From a virus (taxonomy: Duplodnaviria; Caudoviricetes): a DNA stretch of 33,616 bases. The stretch is taken from positions 1 to 33,616 of the IMG/VR virus record IMGVR_UViG_3300046786_000099; one strand, 5' to 3'. Position 1 is the first letter of the stretch; the number at the start of each line of letters is the position of its first letter. A program made the position numbers and the translations under genes. This document shows, piece after piece, positions 9,118-17,608 of the stretch. The notes beneath the pieces were generated by a model. The model worked only from the letters and a program-made list of their open reading frames with translations. It was not told the origin of the DNA and searched no databases.

Positions 9118-9794
9118 AGTACCACCTCGATTGCTTTAAAGCCGCCATTCCACGCAATAAAAGAATCATTGGTCATTGGCACTAATGTATATGTTGGGTA
9201 TTCACGCAAAATTACAGGAAAAGTGATACCAGTATAAGTGCTGCCACCAAGACTAACTGTAGTGCCGTATTGACCAATCACTGCCCCTATTGGAGAAACT
9301 AATGTAGTCATGATGGTACGGTGAACTGGAATGTTTACCGTTGAACCACCGCCCCTTTGAACACTTGCTGTGGCTATGTAAGCGTATCTATCAATCTGTA
9401 TAAAATCGCCTGTTTTAACTATGTATGCGGATGAACTAATTGAAGGCAGTGAACCAAGAACCAAAGTTTTGTTTGCGCTTGCTATTTCAATTTGACAAGC
9501 TGCCGCCTGCAAGCCTGTCATATCGCCTTGATAATTTACATAATTAAGCCATCCAGTAGAACCAAAATTTAGATAGCTTTCATATTCTTTATCCACTGTA
9601 CGCAATGCAGATAACACTGCACGATTCTGTGAATAAAGCAGGTAATTCATTGGCTTTATTTCAAACTCAAAAGGTTGAACCGTCAAAACTTCAGACGTAT
9701 TAATACGCATATTACGTGACAGCATTTGCCCCACAAACCTATGGTCATTTATACCAACTGATTCAGCGACCGACAAAATTGTTTGCAGCGACAT
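9114..9794 (-). CDS. Distal tail protein (Dit/gpM-like)
   Basis: Immediately downstream of the tape measure gene; KTGDFIQI motif and C-terminal FKAIEVVL. Confidence 0.6.
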   Translation of the reverse strand: MSLQTILSVAESVGINDHRFVGQMLSRNMRINTSEVLTVQPFEFEIKPMNYLLYSQNRAVLSALRTVDKEYESYLNFGSTGWLNYVNYQGDMTGLQAAACQIEIASANKTLVLGSLPSISSSAYIVKTGDFIQIDRYAYIATASVQRGGGSTVNIPVHRTIMTTLVSPIGAVIGQYGTTVSLGGSTYTGITFPVILREYPTYTLVPMTNDSFIAWNGGFKAIEVVL

Positions 9795-9796
9795 AA

Positions 9797-11809
9797 TTAC
9801 CTCGAAATCGGAACACTACGATTGGCAGATTGATATGCTGCCCAAATTGTATCTTTATTTTTGGCTAAAAATGCTGTGCCACTTTGTGTATCTATTGCGC
9901 TCATGTTGGCTATGTAATTACCGTTCACAGTTAATCCACCGCCACCACCGCCTGCCGCAGCCATTTGCTGCCATGAGCCGTTTGGAATAACTGTGCCTGC
10001 CGTTTGCGGTATAAATAACTCTGCACCATTTTCACCAACAATAGTAGGCGAATTAACATAACCACCCGCAGCTTTTTTGCCAACTCCACCACCAAATAAA
10101 TCGCCCAAAATACTTCCGGCAGAACCAGATTGCGGCATAAAAGATGATTTAAAAGAACTCCACATCATAGAAAATAATGCGGATGCTTGCGCTCTCATTT
10201 CCATATACATTAAATCTTTTATGATGCTTCCCGCTAATTCACTAAAAGAAAACTTACCAGTATCAACAAACTTTCTTAGTGCTGTTTCCATGTTATACAC
10301 TACAGAATGAAATGCCGCAGCACCTCTATCTGATGCTCTTGCTGCCGCTTCAGTATATTGTTTTAATGCTTCATCCCAACCTGCCGACCATGATTTTTGA
10401 CGCTCAATGGATTTTTGCAAATTTGCGTCTTCCATTTCACTTAATTTTTGGAAATAAATTCTTTGATTTTCTAAGTTTGCATCTATGTATTCAACCTTTT
10501 TATCATAGATTGCTTTTGCTCTAACTTGTTCGGCAGAATCCGCTTTTTCAAATTCTGCTAAAGCAACAATCTTAGCTTCTCTTGCTCTTTGCTCAATGTC
10601 TTTTAATCTTTGTGCTTGCTCAATATTTAATCTCCGAGTGTTATATTCATTCTCTGAGATTTTATATCTCTCACCTTCTAATTGTAATAATTCTTTTTGA
10701 TTGTTAAATTCATTAGCCATTAAATCTTGATTGGCTTTTTGAATTTCTGTCATTTCTTTTAATTGAGCATTAAATTTTGCTTGGCGATCATAAGCCTTTG
10801 CAAGCATCTCTTGAAAATCTTGCTCTTGTTCTTTTGCTTTTTCAGCTTCTTTTTTTCTTTTCTCTGCTTCTTTATCTGCCGCAGAAATTTCTGAGCTTGT
10901 TTTCTTTTTATATGAGCCTGCACTTGGCGTTGCAATTTTTAATGGTTCTATTTTTTTGCTTTTAGGCGGTGCATAATAACTGCCAACTATTGCGCCTTCC
11001 TCACCGGGCATACCGCCCATTGCAGCACCAAAATCAATTTCAGTACCACCGCCTTCAGAAACGTGTTTCCATACATTAACTAAATCAAATGCATGATTAA
11101 CAAGGATTGCAAATGGTTGCACCATTGTTTGAACAAGCATTGAAATATTCTTCATTGCTTTTTCAATGTTGCCCCATGCTTGTGCATTATCCTCAATAGC
11201 TTTAGCAAGACCGGGATCAGCAACCCTTGTATATTCGTCTGCAAATGTTTTCCAATCAACGCCCTTTGCTGCTTTACCTAAAAGGTCTTGAGCCAATGCA
11301 GTGCGTTTGGTTGTATCCTCAACTTTAGATAATTCAAACGCAACACGCTTAAACATATCCTCAAGATTAAGTGAATCAACATCCTTGCCAGATATGCCTA
11401 ATTTTTTGAAAGCATCACGCATACCTTCTGCGCCTTCTTGTGCGCCTTCTTGTGCGGATGCTAATTTTGAAAGCATGGTTGTGAAGTTTTCAGCTTCACC
11501 ACCCGATGCTTGTAATGCGGATTTTGCAGCAAGCAAAGATTCAACAGTTAAATCAAATGCTTTAGCTGTATCAGATATTTCGTCTGCTTTAGAAAATGCA
11601 TTGCCTAAAGCATAACCAAAAGCAGCAAGACCAACCGCACCTCTGCTTATGTTTGCCATTAAATCGGCAGTAGCTTTTTCTGCAAGCCTTAATTGTTTGC
11701 GTTGATTATATTCAAATTCTTTTGTCTTTTGCGTAGCTTGGTCTATTCCTTTTATAAATTCGGAACTATTTAAACCAAGAACAACACCAAGACGAGCAAT
11801 TAATGACAT
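9797..11809 (-). CDS. Tail tape measure protein
   Basis: 670-aa Ala/Lys/Glu-rich helical protein; N-terminal LGVVLGLNSSEF, lambda-type FVDTGKFSFSELAGSIIKDL and AAGGYV...IVGENGAELFIP motifs. Confidence 0.93.
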   Translation of the reverse strand: MSLIARLGVVLGLNSSEFIKGIDQATQKTKEFEYNQRKQLRLAEKATADLMANISRGAVGLAAFGYALGNAFSKADEISDTAKAFDLTVESLLAAKSALQASGGEAENFTTMLSKLASAQEGAQEGAEGMRDAFKKLGISGKDVDSLNLEDMFKRVAFELSKVEDTTKRTALAQDLLGKAAKGVDWKTFADEYTRVADPGLAKAIEDNAQAWGNIEKAMKNISMLVQTMVQPFAILVNHAFDLVNVWKHVSEGGGTEIDFGAAMGGMPGEEGAIVGSYYAPPKSKKIEPLKIATPSAGSYKKKTSSEISAADKEAEKRKKEAEKAKEQEQDFQEMLAKAYDRQAKFNAQLKEMTEIQKANQDLMANEFNNQKELLQLEGERYKISENEYNTRRLNIEQAQRLKDIEQRAREAKIVALAEFEKADSAEQVRAKAIYDKKVEYIDANLENQRIYFQKLSEMEDANLQKSIERQKSWSAGWDEALKQYTEAAARASDRGAAAFHSVVYNMETALRKFVDTGKFSFSELAGSIIKDLMYMEMRAQASALFSMMWSSFKSSFMPQSGSAGSILGDLFGGGVGKKAAGGYVNSPTIVGENGAELFIPQTAGTVIPNGSWQQMAAAGGGGGGLTVNGNYIANMSAIDTQSGTAFLAKNKDTIWAAYQSANRSVPISR

Positions 11810-11812
11810 GAT

Positions 11813-12406
11813 TTATCCCATGTATTTCGAACGATATTTTTGCAAAACCGCAACTATTTCTTTGCCAAGTTTTTCCGAAACTTCTTTTTGTTTGCCTTCT
11901 AATGCGGGGCGCAAATATGGTCTTGCTTCCATGCGAACTGTACCAAATTCTCTTTGTACTGCTAATGCTGATCTTTTACTTAAACCTTTAACATCAACAT
12001 TTTTATTGTGATTTTTTGTTCCAAATTCAACCGCAATTGCTCTTGCATCAGAAATATCACCAATATTTCTAATGCCGCCTTTTGAATTTTGCGCATTAAC
12101 ATATTGTTTATTTAATTGCGCTGAAACTGTTGCAATCACAACGTCACCTTGTTTTACATACTTTGATCTTAAATCTTTACCTTTTACTGGTCTTGCACTA
12201 ACTGTAAGCGTTCTTTTAAGTTGTCCAGTATCTAAACCATGATTAGGGTATAAATTATCTTTTGCTGCTTGCAATACAATTTTCATTGCATTTTTTGCGG
12301 CAGGAACTAAAACATTTTTACGAGCATCAGTAGCACCAAATTCTTTATCAATTTGTTCTAATAAATATTTAAATTCTCCAAAGCCAACAAATTTAGTTTC
12401 AGACAT
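11813..12406 (-). CDS. HK97 gp10-like tail component
   Basis: DTGQLKRTL, AVEFGT and EFGTVRMEARPYLRPALE motifs. Confidence 0.8.
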   Translation of the reverse strand: MSETKFVGFGEFKYLLEQIDKEFGATDARKNVLVPAAKNAMKIVLQAAKDNLYPNHGLDTGQLKRTLTVSARPVKGKDLRSKYVKQGDVVIATVSAQLNKQYVNAQNSKGGIRNIGDISDARAIAVEFGTKNHNKNVDVKGLSKRSALAVQREFGTVRMEARPYLRPALEGKQKEVSEKLGKEIVAVLQKYRSKYMG

Positions 12407-12734
12407 TTTTAAGGTTCTTATGTGAATCAGGCATCATAGAAATAAATGCAAGTAATTTATTATTTACATCATCCCGCTTTTGTTCTTCAGTTAATGGAGC
12501 ATAAATATAATCATAAGCCAAACCAATTACGTTTTGTAATTTATATGGTTGCTGATTTTGCGCTCTAATATAATTAAAAACTCCCGCAGTTAAACTACCA
12601 ATAGAATTTAATACTTGCTTATTTCCAATAAACCCATCATTTAAAGCAACCATTACTAATCTATAATCATCCTCGCTCATTGCGTCTGGATTTGCTCCAT
12701 GCGCCAACATATATGCACGAGCTTGCAATCGCAA
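12399..12734 (-). CDS. Tail assembly chaperone T part (C-terminal extension of the G-T frameshift product)
   Basis: TTG start without an obvious RBS; lies in the -1 frame of the upstream chaperone and is open back through the slippery site. Confidence 0.75.
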   Translation of the reverse strand: MRLQARAYMLAHGANPDAMSEDDYRLVMVALNDGFIGNKQVLNSIGSLTAGVFNYIRAQNQQPYKLQNVIGLAYDYIYAPLTEEQKRDDVNNKLLAFISMMPDSHKNLKNV

Positions 12735-12742
12735 TGAGCCAA

Positions 12743-13204
12743 CTAGTTTTTTCTTGTTTCCTCATAATTAGGAGAAATTACTTCACCAATTTTTCTTGAT
12801 ACTTCTAATTGAACCGAAAACGGAAATTCATTTTCAATTTCCTCATAAGTTAAATTCGACATATCTGCGCCTTCAATTACAGGCACTAATAATTTAAACA
12901 TTTCTACAATTCTTGAATTTGTTTGGGCAGTTAGTTGCGCCATTTCTTTCATTGATTTGTCGTTAATAATTACATCATCATCCAAAAACTTAAAACTTTC
13001 ACCTTCTAAAGTTTCTTTTTTTTCTAGCAAAGGCGCACATAATTTATCGTAGTGGCTTTTCCATTCAGCATTTTTAATGCGCTCATTCATTTCATTAAAT
13101 TCTGAAGCAAGCGGAACACGCACCCGCAGCTTTTGACCTGCCATCATAAAGTCACGAATTCTTATGTTTTCAGTATTAATTTTTAGGGATTCTGATAATT
13201 TCAT
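12743..13204 (-). CDS. Tail assembly chaperone G
   Basis: Lies between tail tube genes and tape measure; ends AGA AAA AAC TAG, which contains a slippery heptamer. Confidence 0.8.
   Translation of the reverse strand: MKLSESLKINTENIRIRDFMMAGQKLRVRVPLASEFNEMNERIKNAEWKSHYDKLCAPLLEKKETLEGESFKFLDDDVIINDKSMKEMAQLTAQTNSRIVEMFKLLVPVIEGADMSNLTYEEIENEFPFSVQLEVSRKIGEVISPNYEETRKN
12746..12752 (-). other. Programmed -1 frameshift site A AAA AAC
   Basis: X XXY YYZ heptamer just before the stop; the -1 frame reads on as LVGSLRLQARAYML into the next ORF. Confidence 0.8.
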
Positions 13205-13207
13205 GTC

Positions 13208-13435
13208 TTATCCTTTTTTAATGATACCTGTATAAATTTCATTGTTTAGTCGTACTACATAATCGACTATTTCTTGTGGTGACATCTTGTCAGCGTGATT
13301 GGCAGCAATGGAATGAGCCAGTGCAATACCTGTCAGCTTTTGTTGTGGGAAACCGAACCAACTCTTAGGCGCAGTTAATGATTGCTCTAGTAAATAACCT
13401 AATAAATCGTTGCTTGATTGTATGTTTGTTGTCAT
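13208..13435 (-). CDS. Hypothetical tail-region protein
   Basis: 75-aa ORF, tightly packed and co-oriented with neighbours. Confidence 0.7.
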   Translation of the reverse strand: MTTNIQSSNDLLGYLLEQSLTAPKSWFGFPQQKLTGIALAHSIAANHADKMSPQEIVDYVVRLNNEIYTGIIKKG

Positions 13436-13447
13436 ATATTTTAATGT

Positions 13448-13468
13448 AAAAAAGCCCCCGAAGGGGCA
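13448..13468 (-). terminator. Rho-independent terminator after the tail tube genes
   Basis: - strand reads GCCCC-TTCG-GGGGC-TTTTTT, a few bases after the stop at 13475. Confidence 0.85.
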
Positions 13469-13474
13469 TTGTTT

Positions 13475-13993
13475 TTAGGTATTAGACCATCCGTATTGAT
13501 TGCCACGAGGATGTATTGTAAAGACACATTTTGCTTCCGCACCGGGATCACTTTGAATCTGAAATTCAGAAACTCGACCATTAAACGCATAAGCAACTGT
13601 GCTTGTGCCATCAACCGCAGCAACTACAAAAGTGCGATCAACAATGCCTGAATAAGCATCACCACGAATCAGCAACAATGCAGCATCCGATGGATTCCAT
13701 GCAGCCGTTACCGATAATGAAGTTGGTGCAGATTGAACTGGAATTTTATCGGATTGGCGTGAACCTGCGACAGCATAGTTAACTACGCCATCATCTTGAC
13801 CAAACGCAGGTATGCTTTCAACAGGCACTAATGTACCTGCCGCACCTGTACCGTTTGCGGTAGTGCCAACAATAGTAGCAACTTGTGATGCCCATACGGA
13901 CAAATTTGCAGTTGTTAATGTAGTTGGATTTGCGCCTGTTTGCATCCATAGTGATGCTGAAAAACCGGGTAGAACTCTATTTGGTGCAGCCAT
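13475..13993 (-). CDS. Major tail (tube) protein, paralog 2
   Basis: Canonical position; IPAFGQDD, AWNPSD and FNGRVSEF motifs; near-identical core to 14006..14500. Confidence 0.8.
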   Translation of the reverse strand: MAAPNRVLPGFSASLWMQTGANPTTLTTANLSVWASQVATIVGTTANGTGAAGTLVPVESIPAFGQDDGVVNYAVAGSRQSDKIPVQSAPTSLSVTAAWNPSDAALLLIRGDAYSGIVDRTFVVAAVDGTSTVAYAFNGRVSEFQIQSDPGAEAKCVFTIHPRGNQYGWSNT

Positions 13994-14005
13994 GATTAAT
14001 TTCCT

Positions 14006-14500
14006 TTATACGTTATTAGACCAACCGTACTGGTTGCCACGAGGATGAATAGTAAATACGCACTTAGCTTCAGCACCGGGATCACTTTGAATTTGGAATT
14101 CCGATACACGACCATTGAATGCATAATAAACAATGTTACTACCATCAACTGCGGCAATGACAAATGTGCGATCAATAATTCCACTATATGCATCACCTCT
14201 CATTAATAGCAGCATGGTGTCGGATGGATTCCATGCGGCAGTAACGGATAATGATGTTGGTGCTGATTGCACTGGTATCTTGTCAGATTGACGTGAACCT
14301 GCAACCGAGTAATTTACAACACCGTCATCTTGTCCAAATGCAGGTATAGATTCAACTGGCAATTGATTGCCGCTAACTGCAATTGCAGCCACGTTAGCTA
14401 ATGTCGATAATTGAGCAACAGTTAATGCAGTAGGGGTTGAAGTTGGTTGTGCGTAAAGTATCGCAGCAAATCCGGGTAGAACTCTATTTGGTAGTGCCAT
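14006..14500 (-). CDS. Major tail (tube) protein, paralog 1
   Basis: Follows the tail terminator gene; GAGGA RBS; same motifs as paralog 2. Confidence 0.8.
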   Translation of the reverse strand: MALPNRVLPGFAAILYAQPTSTPTALTVAQLSTLANVAAIAVSGNQLPVESIPAFGQDDGVVNYSVAGSRQSDKIPVQSAPTSLSVTAAWNPSDTMLLLMRGDAYSGIIDRTFVIAAVDGSNIVYYAFNGRVSEFQIQSDPGAEAKCVFTIHPRGNQYGWSNNV

Positions 14501-14531
14501 GATTTATCCTCGAAAAAGTTAAAAGTCTGTC

Positions 14532-14948
14532 TTATGTCGGAATATCCATTGTGCAATCAAGATAAACTGAATGTAAATTTATATCGTTCTCGTATGTGTT
14601 ATAAAGAAAATCCACATCAAGTTTACTTATATAAAAACCAGTTACCCCGCCAAACTGCCCACTGTATCCATGTAATGCCTGTATTATCGTGTTAGCTATG
14701 CCAAACGCATCTTGCAATGTGCCTGCATATATATTGGTTTGGAAAATAGGTCTGTCTATTCCCTTTACCGATTGCGTTGTACCTGTATAAACTTCTTGAT
14801 GTACATTACGCAAATTCCATGTCACAAACTTTTGTTGTGAAGCATAATTCCTATTGAAAGACGCATACACTGGCACAGGGTTTACCGTAGTAGTTAGCTG
14901 CGCTTGTATTGCCTTTGCATAATCTAAGACGTTATTTTGTGTAGCCAT
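14532..14948 (-). CDS. Tail terminator / completion protein (DUF3168-like)
   Basis: PIFQTNIYA...IIQALHGYSG motif; 138 aa, directly before the tube genes. Confidence 0.7.
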   Translation of the reverse strand: MATQNNVLDYAKAIQAQLTTTVNPVPVYASFNRNYASQQKFVTWNLRNVHQEVYTGTTQSVKGIDRPIFQTNIYAGTLQDAFGIANTIIQALHGYSGQFGGVTGFYISKLDVDFLYNTYENDINLHSVYLDCTMDIPT

Positions 14949-14951
14949 TTT

Positions 14952-15293
14952 TTACACCGCAGTTGATGGGTCATTGTGGTAACACAAAAATGTAACGTGC
15001 ATCCTATCATTTGATTCAATCGCACTATCAATGCGCCAATCTAAATTGCGCCATGTAATTGAATACAAATTTTGATTATCGTAAATATCTCGTGTATATG
15101 GCGTGAAATTAAAAGTTAAATTAATCATGCCCGCATAAACACGATATTTGTCGGTAATCTTTAAATCGTTTTTTACTTCTTTTACTTCAGCTTTACTATT
15201 AAATTTTAAAGTTTTGATTGCAACAGTTTCACCGTATTCACTAGTAGTGAATCCCAATGTGTAAACATTCACATCCTCATATCTTTTTACCAT
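14952..15293 (-). CDS. Head closure / head-tail joining protein (SPP1 gp16-like)
   Basis: 113 aa with SEYGE and ITWRNLDWRIDS pattern; position in the neck module. Confidence 0.7.
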   Translation of the reverse strand: MVKRYEDVNVYTLGFTTSEYGETVAIKTLKFNSKAEVKEVKNDLKITDKYRVYAGMINLTFNFTPYTRDIYDNQNLYSITWRNLDWRIDSAIESNDRMHVTFLCYHNDPSTAV

Positions 15294-15838
15294 TACATCA
15301 CCAATGAAATTTGATTAATCCATTTATATTTACTATTTTTAGCTATTTTGCCCGCCAGTAAATACGACAAACTTCCAGTTGGTATTCCAGTTTCTTTGCT
15401 TGCATCTTTCCAACTAGCATAAATTATCCCATTTATTTGAATAGGTTTTTTATGCTTTTCTGCATTTTTTGCTTTGCTTTCTTCTGATCTTTTTTTGCCT
15501 AAATTTGCAATTCTGCATTTTTCTTTTGCCGAATCAGAATGTTTTTTATTTTTAAAACTTAACCCGCCATCGGCATTATTACCATCACCACCGCCTGATT
15601 GATTAACTAATTTAATTTGTAAATCTTTAAAGCATTGAATTAAAAATTTCTCATGCTCAAATGCTTCTTTTTCAGTTTTCCATTTTGCTAAAATAATTGG
15701 CAAAAACCCATGTTTTGCAACAGTATTATGCCAATGTTTATTTCTTGCATCTTTTCTTGTTAAACGTCTTTCAGTACCTTTACCAATATAAAAGATTTCT
15801 TTTGTGTCTTTCTTAATATGTGCGTAGGTGTAATACAT
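15293..15838 (-). CDS. GIY-YIG homing endonuclease with NUMOD3-like motifs
   Basis: YYTYAH...IFYIGKG...R, EKEAFEHEKFLI, LVNQSGGGDG and KKHSDSAKEK / GKKRSEESKAK motifs; AT-rich. ATG at 15838 preferred over GTG at 15844. Confidence 0.85.
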   Translation of the reverse strand: MYYTYAHIKKDTKEIFYIGKGTERRLTRKDARNKHWHNTVAKHGFLPIILAKWKTEKEAFEHEKFLIQCFKDLQIKLVNQSGGGDGNNADGGLSFKNKKHSDSAKEKCRIANLGKKRSEESKAKNAEKHKKPIQINGIIYASWKDASKETGIPTGSLSYLLAGKIAKNSKYKWINQISLVM

Positions 15839-15840
15839 AT

Positions 15841-16494
15841 TCACATGATAAGCGGTTTATATGGGCGCAATAATGTATCAACGCCTAATGGGATTGTTTT
15901 TAAATTTAATTCAGTTGTTTGACTACGATTATTATATAAATGAGTAAACCACAATAAACCTGCTTGTTTAATTACTGGATAATTTGCTAATGGTGATGCT
16001 GCAAGCGTATAAGTTGCAATGACAGGTGAAGTCATTTGCGGATTAATTGCGCTTGGCAAATCAGTAACAATTATTTTTTGACCTGTTGGGTCGTAATAAT
16101 AAGCAGATTGATTTACTGTAGTTAATACGGTTGGCGTTGAATCGTTGTAATAAGCAACTGAATTAATTGTCACGCCACCTTGTGATGTTTCAGGCAAATC
16201 AAGTGACAATGGCGAACCGTATAAAGCTGATGCACCATAATAAACTTTGTATTGAACGCTAGTAATTGACAATCCCAAGTAATCTTCAATTGCCATCCGT
16301 ATTGCTAATTCCAATGCGGTTAGGTATGTATCTTGACTAGTGTCAGAATACAAATTGATTTGATCTCGAATTTCAGTAAGCGTAAGCCATGCAGTCGTTA
16401 TATTACGGTTGGTTTGTTCAAACCAATCATAATTAAACGGATTGCGTGTAGGCGCAAGCGCTACAAATCCTAAACCTGTTTCTTGGGATGCCAT
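15841..16494 (-). CDS. Head-tail connector (HK97 gp6-like)
   Basis: LTLTEIRDQINL...QDTYL...AIEDYLG and IKQAGLLWFTHLYNNRS...IPLGVDTLLRPYK motifs. Confidence 0.85.
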   Translation of the reverse strand: MASQETGLGFVALAPTRNPFNYDWFEQTNRNITTAWLTLTEIRDQINLYSDTSQDTYLTALELAIRMAIEDYLGLSITSVQYKVYYGASALYGSPLSLDLPETSQGGVTINSVAYYNDSTPTVLTTVNQSAYYYDPTGQKIIVTDLPSAINPQMTSPVIATYTLAASPLANYPVIKQAGLLWFTHLYNNRSQTTELNLKTIPLGVDTLLRPYKPLIM

Positions 16495-16499
16495 AATTT

Positions 16500-17549
16500 T
16501 TAAGTTTCAATAGAACGAACGCCTGCAAATGGGTCACGAACTGTGCTTACCATACGTTTTTCGCCATACATTGTCACAAAACCGGGAGCTGTTTGTTCCA
16601 TAGCTTGAATAGACATTTCTTCTACATCAGCAATAGTCAAGAATCTAGCCCAATCAGCTAAGTAAACAGATTTGTTTCCTACTGTGCCAATAGGGTCAAG
16701 GTATGGATTAGGTATTACAGGAAATCCAAATACATGAGTTAATGTACCTGCATCATCCGCACCTGTTTCTAAGAACGCATAACTAGCTTGATTGCTGCCG
16801 CCATGTACATAATCACGCAATTCTAAAATTGCTGATGGGTGCATCATCCATGCAGTAGTAGGAGATGACCAATATTGGCTTGGCAAAGCATTAGCCATAG
16901 CTGTCAATGTTTCGTGTTCTAGTGAACCACTTGTATAACCTACAGTCGCTATAGTGTGACGACCGTTTGTAATTGCTGTGCCGCTTGTACCAAATGCGGA
17001 TGTTGCGCCTGCCGCACCTTGATAACTATTTAAACCACGCAGACCATAAATGCCACCAGTGCTTGTAGTTGTGCTGCCTGCTTGATCGTTATTTAAGCCC
17101 ATTGACGCACCTTCAATCTGTGCAAATTCAAGTGCTAAATCTTCAATCAATTCTGCTTCTAATCCGTTTACATCCGATAGCACCGCAGTACGAACTGGGA
17201 ATTGCGCTGTTATAACTCTAGTCGGCAATTGCCAAATGCTAGTGTTAATGTTTGGTGAACCGCTATCAGGCGTGAACACATATCCAAAAGGATTTGTGCT
17301 GTTAGCTGCATTACCTGTCTTTGCTACAAATTGAACGTCAGACATATTTGGCGTTTTAATATTGCGAGCAAATTTTCTAAATGGGTTTGCATAACGATAA
17401 GCAGCAAACACATCATCAAAATATGTACGACCACCAACGCCTGAACCACTGCCAGTAAGTGCCGATGCTTCACGCAAATCAATGGTTACTTTATCGCCTG
17501 TTTCGAGCGTCTGTTTAATACCTGCAATGATTTTTTCGTTGGCTTTCAT
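16500..17549 (-). CDS. Second HK97-fold capsid protein (short N-terminus, no full delta domain)
   Basis: Colinear with the upstream capsid gene from EASALTG to PFAGVR. Start placed at ATG 17549 (AGGA upstream); the ORF-track GTG at 17579 lies inside a terminator. Confidence 0.85.
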   Translation of the reverse strand: MKANEKIIAGIKQTLETGDKVTIDLREASALTGSGSGVGGRTYFDDVFAAYRYANPFRKFARNIKTPNMSDVQFVAKTGNAANSTNPFGYVFTPDSGSPNINTSIWQLPTRVITAQFPVRTAVLSDVNGLEAELIEDLALEFAQIEGASMGLNNDQAGSTTTSTGGIYGLRGLNSYQGAAGATSAFGTSGTAITNGRHTIATVGYTSGSLEHETLTAMANALPSQYWSSPTTAWMMHPSAILELRDYVHGGSNQASYAFLETGADDAGTLTHVFGFPVIPNPYLDPIGTVGNKSVYLADWARFLTIADVEEMSIQAMEQTAPGFVTMYGEKRMVSTVRDPFAGVRSIET

Positions 17550-17565
17550 ATATCCATTCCTAAAC

Positions 17566-17598
17566 AAAAAAACCCCCACCAGTACATTCTGGTAGGGG
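17566..17598 (-). terminator. Rho-independent terminator between the two capsid genes
   Basis: - strand reads CCCCTACCAG-aatgta-CTGGTGGGGG-TTTTTTT. Confidence 0.8.
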
Positions 17599-17608
17599 CA
17601 AACCGCTA

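Noticed and set aside
9589-9597. Isolated DnaA-box-like TTATCCACT in the distal tail gene
   Set aside because: A single 8/9 match within coding sequence is expected by chance.
13994-14008. The two tail-tube genes are in frame, separated by TAA AGG AAA TTA ATC, suggesting a read-through fusion
   Set aside because: TAA is rarely read through, the spacer is a normal AAGGA RBS for gene 2, and in-frame spacing has a one-in-three chance.
13441-14196. Alternative-frame - strand ORFs 13441..13623 and 13996..14196 that resemble each other
   Set aside because: The similarity is a by-product of the tail-tube duplication; no independent coding signal.
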